Position numbers and translations under genes: made by a program. Positions 36,780-42,310 of a stretch of DNA of 42,310 nucleotides are shown piece by piece (position 1 is the first letter of the stretch; every line of letters starts with the position of its first letter). Origin of the DNA: Octopus sinensis (taxonomy: Eukaryota); assembly GCF_006345805.1 (NCBI RefSeq), contig NW_021831684.1, forward strand, positions 1 to 42,310, given 5' to 3'. The notes beneath the pieces were generated by a model. It made no database searches. It saw only the letters and a program-made list of their open reading frames with translations, and was not told the DNA's origin.

Positions 36780-36940
36780 CAAATGCTCCCTTAACGTCAT
36801 GGTCTTTATGTTCTGAGTTCAAATTCGACCGGGGTCAACTTTGGGGTTCCATAAAATAGCAACAGTTGAGCACTGGGTCGGGTGTAATCGACTAAACCAC
36901 TTTCCGGAATTGCTAGACTTGTGACAAAATTAGACAATGT
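36780..36940 (+). mobile_element. Degenerate SINE family B
   Basis: gttctgagttcaaattcgaccggggtcaactttg...gagcactgggtcg..gtaatcgact. Confidence 0.65.
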
Positions 36941-37090
36941 TAATTAATAGTTTTGACTCGACTCCAACTACCTGATGAATCTCCGAAACCTTACGTTGAA
37001 TGAAGCTGAATCAAACTGTTGTCAAATAGTACGTGATGAGTGTAACTTTCTTCCATTTGTCCACTCATTTGAATATATATATATATAGAC

Positions 37091-37490
37091 GCAGGAGTGG
37101 CTGTGTGGTAAGTTGCTTGCTTACTAACCACAGGGTTTCGGGTTCATTCTCACTGCATGGCACCTTGGACAAGTGTCTTCTACTATAGCCTCGGGCCGAA
37201 CAAAGCCTGGTGAATGGATTTGGTAGACGGAAACTGAAAGCAAGTCGTATATATGTGTATATATGTATGTGTGTATAAATTTGTGTGTCTGTGTTTGTCC
37301 CTCCAACATCGCTTGACAACCGATACTGGTGTGTTTACGTCCCCGTAATATAGCGGTTCGGCAAAAAGACCGATAGAGTTAGTACTAGGCTTCCAAAGAA
37401 TAAGTCCTCGGGTCGATTTGCGCAACGAAAGGCGGTGCTCCAGCATAGCTGCAGTCAAATGACTGAAACAAGAAAAAGAGAATAAAAGAG
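37091..37490 (+). mobile_element. SINE family A, full length
   Basis: Complete head and tail. Confidence 0.9.
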
Positions 37491-37662
37491 AATATATATA
37501 TTATATATATATATATATATAGTCATCGTTACCTAGTGGTTGTCATCTAAAGTCATTTTGCAGAGATTTTACTTTTTTACATCATGCCACCATTATACAG
37601 ACAAACAGACAGACTGACAGATAAATAAATAAATAAATAAAAAGATAGATAAATAGATAGAT

Positions 37663-37695
<33 letters not shown>

Positions 37696-37768
37696 CAAAC
37701 GCACAGAAACTGACACACAGACAGATAAATTGGTAGATATAATGTATGTATAAATAAATAAATATATT

Positions 37769-37835
<67 letters not shown>

Positions 37836-37921
37836 AACATATATACATATATACATATAGATATACATATACATACATACATACATACATACATAGACAT
37901 ATATATACATATATATTATAC

Positions 37922-37990
<69 letters not shown>

Positions 37991-38070
37991 ATATATATAT
38001 ACACACACATACATATATATACGGTATATGTATGTATGTATGTGTATGTATTATGTATAACATATGTATA
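37490..38070. repeat. Compound TA/GATA/TACA microsatellite field
   Basis: Direct reading. Confidence 0.85.
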
Positions 38071-38749
38071 TATGTAATCTGGTTATTTTGATTATTGCAA
38101 TCTGAAGTACTACCGACCAGCGTTAGAGAATATGTAGATAATACGAAACATTACATTACACATGACATGATTGATGGAAGATGAGGTAAAAAAAAATAAA
38201 ATAAACAATTCAAAAACAAATAAGAAAAATTCATGGAGTATGTTGCTTAATTTACTTCATATCTGTTTTCATTTGGGGGGCCCCCTACAACATTATAAAC
38301 GTTCATCAAATCACAGCAACAGAAGAAAATGAAATGGTGAAAAAAGAGACACTTCCAAATATTGATACAACGCATGCAACAGACTTCCGTCTTACAAGCC
38401 TGATTAGATTTTTGTGAAGCTGCTATTAATTTAAACATTTGCTAAACAGGCGAAAGTCCTTAAGAGAAGGGCGCTTGTCCGTGAATCTGATTGCGTGTGT
38501 ATTTGATCTTCTCTTCATTAGTATATGCGCCAGTGTGTGTATTTGGTTGTTTCGTTTGTGTATGTTTTGACTGTTTCGTGTATATGTGTGTGTGTATGAG
38601 TGTGTGTGTACATTTCGATACAAGAAAATCAGGATGCTAGCATAAGTCATGTAAAATCTAATTTGCCGGTGGAACACAAATAATATCGTATATCAGAGAC
38701 ACACACAGGGTACAGAGCAGCAACTGCAGAAATGTTGTTAATTTTTCTC

Positions 38750-38910
38750 TGAGTAGTGGTGGTTGTGATGATGAGGAGAAGGTAAACGAAAAGGGGAGTA
38801 GGAGAAGGAGAAGGGAAAAGGAAGAGGAGGAAACTGTGGAAGTGGCAGAGGAAGAGGAGAATGAAGAAGAGAGGAGAAGGAGGACGGCGACGGAGGCGGT
38901 GAGGATTTTG
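38750..38910 (+). repeat. Purine-rich (GAG/GAA) tract
   Basis: Direct reading. Confidence 0.8.
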
Positions 38911-38991
38911 CGTTTATAATTTATTTTTCTCTGCGTACAAGGTCTTCAGAGGACAAACAGTGTATTTGAGGTTGAAATGAAGAACATATAT

Positions 38992-39042
<51 letters not shown>

Positions 39043-39055
39043 GATGTATGTATGT

Positions 39056-39086
<31 letters not shown>

Positions 39087-39094
39087 CATAATAT

Positions 39095-39126
<32 letters not shown>

Positions 39127-39151
39127 GATATATATATATATATTATATCAT

Positions 39152-39196
<45 letters not shown>

Positions 39197-40454
39197 TATA
39201 TATATGTATATATATATATGCATATATATATGTTCTCCCCTCTCTCTCTCTCTCTCTCTCTATTATATATATATATATTATAATATATATATATAAAACA
39301 GAAAACCCGTATTTGATAATATAGTTTGCTCGGAGCATCTTGAGAGTGTCACGTTATTAATTGCCAAACCCAAACTGAAAAAAAAAAGCTACCATTCTTA
39401 TTTGGAAACCATGGTTATGCTGGTTATAGTGAAAAATGTACAGAATTGTACTAAATTGAGCGTAATAACAAGGTTGTTAAACATGGCAAGTTGATATTAC
39501 TTGAAAGATATTTTACCATAACGAGAGGAAGAAAATAGCGGAGATTATCGAATCACAAGACCTCAAATTAGTACAGTGCTATTTATATTGTCGAAGTAAC
39601 TGATATTGTAAATTGGCTTCAGTTGATTAATTTTTATTTTTTTATTTTTTTAATTGGGATGGTGAAAGAAAAGATGCTCGATGGATTTTTCTTAAAAAAA
39701 CATTTAATTCAAGTTTAGATATTAAACTAAATAAACACATGAATATAACTAAAAGCCACGCGATGAAATAAAAGCTAAATTTTTTTAAACAATTTTAGGA
39801 AAACTAACATGAAAAAAAATTTTTTTTTTCGTTTTTTTCCGAATGATAAACTGAATTATCAATACTACATTATTTTTTGGAAGAGGACATAAATTTAAGA
39901 GCAACATGGCGTAATCCATTTTGACAACATTCAATTTTGCAAATTTTAAAGTATTTTAACCAATAAACGCTTCTTGTCTGCAATGTCACACAATAATAAT
40001 ACGGTAAGGGTTTTGTTTTTAGCTGCATATGTGATCTTTATTTTTAGTATTCAGTAAATTTGATTTGAGAAAAAAAGCTGCATATGCCGGGAATATTATG
40101 GTGTGTTTGATAAATGAATGTAATTCAAGATTACACAATGCAAAATTTCTCTTATGAGGTGTTCTGCAACTTCATTCTAAGGACAAACTACTTACCATAG
40201 TAAATACCTGTCTTAGAACTAGATGACGCTTTTACGTAATCGCTCGACCACGTAGTTAAATCATTATAAAATCACAGCTTACAGTTTGCAAGACTGAAGG
40301 CACATTTTGGCCAATGTAGTTCTAGATATGCAATGTCTAAATATAAGACGAGCTGATTATGAGCTTCCTGAAAAAAGTCGAAATGATCGAAGGCCTTTGA
40401 CTATTTTTATGCTGGAAAAGTGCGATATTATCTTGAACATCTATAATAAGACTA

Positions 40455-41193
40455 AACAAGAGCACTCGGAGAATGCAAACCTCTGCCAAAGCAACACCAA
40501 CGTCCTCTCAACGATTAGCCAGAGAGGATTTTTAAAATGAGAATATCTCAAATAAACTCGACTGCTCTCGCAAACGAGAATACAAAAAATGAACCCTAGC
40601 GCTCTAAAAGATTAAGTAAAAAAAAAAACAGGAAAAATAATCCCAGAATCCTTGTCCTGTACCGGATCTATCCCAAAATCTAATCAGTTTGTGCTAGGCA
40701 CGAGGTCAAACATCCCTGGAAGTTCCGAATCCATCCAATGGTTCTTGAGACATCTTGTCCACGAACAAACAAATGAACACGACTGAAAGCAATACCTCCG
40801 CCTTCGCTAAGGCGAAGGTATCAAGAGCACTCTCAGAGGGCACAAACCGCCGCCAAAGCAACACCAACGTCCCCTCAACGATTAGCCAATGATGATTTTT
40901 AAAATGAGAATGTTTGAAATAAACTCAACTGCTCTCACAAACAACACTACTAAAAATTAACCAGACCGCTCTCAAAAATTAAGCAAATAAACAGGAAAAA
41001 ATCATCCAGAATCCTTGTCCAGTACCGGATCTTTCCCAAAATCTAATCAGTTTGTGTCAGTCACGAGGCCAAACATCCCTGAAAGTTTAATCCGAATCCA
41101 TCAAGTGGTTCTTGAGATATCTTGTCCATGGACAAACAAACAAACAAACACGACTGAAAAACAATACCTCTGCCTTCGCTACGGCGGAGGTAA
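40455..41193 (+). mobile_element. Two tandem Helentron-associated (HINE/DINE-like) non-autonomous elements
   Basis: About 365 bp units 40455-40820 and 40821-41193, each starting aagagcactc and ending in a hairpin (tacctccgcc-ttcgcta-aggcgaaggta; tacctctgcc-ttcgcta-cggcggaggta) after an (AAAC)n tract. Confidence 0.7.
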
Positions 41194-41232
41194 TAACGAT
41201 TTTTAAAATATATAAATATCTATAAATATATA

Positions 41233-41576
41233 GGCGTAGGAGCGGATGTGTGGTAAGTTGCTTGCTTACGAACCACATGGTTCAGGGTTCAATCCCACTG
41301 CGTGGCACCTTGGGCAAGTGTCTTCTGCTATAGCCTCGGGCCGACGAAAGCTTGTGAGTGGATTTGGTAGACGGAAACTGGAAGAAGCCCGTCGTATATA
41401 TGTATATATATATGTATATGTATGTGTGTGTATATGTTTGTGTGTCTGTGTTTGTCCTCCCCCCCCCCGATAGAATAAGTACTAGGCTTCCAAAGAATAA
41501 GTCCTGGGGTGGTTTGCTCGACTAAAGGCGGTGCTCCAGCATGGCCGCAGTCAAATGATGGAAACAAGTAAAAGAG
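41233..41576 (+). mobile_element. SINE family A with internal deletion
   Basis: Head intact; jumps from gtcctcccccc to gatagaataagtactagg. Confidence 0.85.
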
Positions 41577-41749
41577 TATGCTTTATTCTCAGATAAAAAA
41601 AAAAAAAATTTTGACAGTATGTGGGAGACGCTGACCCAAAGTAATAAAAGCAATAAACAAGTGAGGCATAAATGTAACCCTTGTTATTTTCACCAGCCTA
41701 TAGCAGGTAACACTCCCAGATGATCTCGTACATATATTTCTGACAGTGT

Positions 41750-41890
41750 CGGCACGTAGCCTAGTGGTTATGGTGTTACACTGACGATAGCGTGATTGTG
41801 GATTCGATTCTCGGATCGTGTGGAGCGTTGTGTTCTTGAACAAAAACACCTGAATTCATGTTGCTTCAGTCCACTCTGCTGTAAATAAGC
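41750..41890 (+). mobile_element. Degenerate SINE family D head and core
   Basis: ctagtggttatgg...gattcgattctc...gcgttgtgttcttgaacaaaaacac...gttgcttcagtccactc. Confidence 0.65.
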
Positions 41891-41895
41891 AGTCC

Positions 41896-42256
41896 TTCGA
41901 CCACATCACCCCTAACATCTGGCTACGTAACTACTCAGACTGCAACCCCCTTAATTATTATGTGCGGGGCGCTGTTGAGCGAGAGACCAACAAAACTGCT
42001 CGTAACACCAAAAATAAACTGAAGGCAAGAATTATAGCAGTATTCACCAGCTTAAACAAGGAGACCGTCCAGAAGATTTGCAGGAGATTCCGAAGTCGTC
42101 TGGAGGCCGTGGTTGAAGCCAATGATGATTTTATTGAATAAATTTACTCTTTAGTATTTCTAGATATTTTTATGTTATTTTGGTAAATATATGTCAGAAT
42201 GAAATGTCACTGTTCATTTTTGCGTATTTAGATGACAGTTTATTTACCGCACCCAG

Positions 42257-42258
<2 letters not shown>
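41896..42258 (+). mobile_element. Tc1/mariner (maT/DD37D-like) transposon 3' end with TIR
   Basis: 41896-42141 reads FDHITPNIWLRNYSDCNPLNYYVRGAVERETNK...CRRFRSRLEAVVEANDDFIE* (decayed WP..SPDLNP.DY.VW motif); terminus tttaccgcacccag plus TA at 42257-42258. Confidence 0.85.

Positions 42259-42310
<52 letters not shown>

Noticed and set aside
36965-37000. CUGAUGA-aucucc-GAAA hammerhead-like string
   Set aside because: Helix II does not pair and helix I has no proper 3' partner; at most a relic

Overview
Eukaryotic, AT-rich, microsatellite-saturated non-coding DNA. The repeat families look like those of an octopus (coleoid cephalopod) genome; that is recognition from memory, not a database result. 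No complete host gene is present. The ORF track is almost all translated simple repeats, apart from transposon fragments and one candidate terminal exon (2866-3095, minus). The window holds about 30 tRNA-derived SINE copies or fragments in four families (my labels A-D), CR1-type LINE relics, RLE-type (R4/Dong-like) retrotransposon fragments embedded in microsatellites, a roughly 550 bp (TAA)n-associated non-coding element (4 copies), two tandem Helentron-like non-autonomous elements and a Tc1/mariner 3' end. The most notable hidden structure is a set of minimal type I hammerhead ribozymes. Three have complete cores (161-212, 12661-12703, 23339-23376) and several more are decayed. Most sit inside long palindromic elements, and one relic lies downstream of a Penelope-like GIY-YIG coding remnant. 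A dense nuclear-receptor/E-box motif cluster occurs at 21998-22089.
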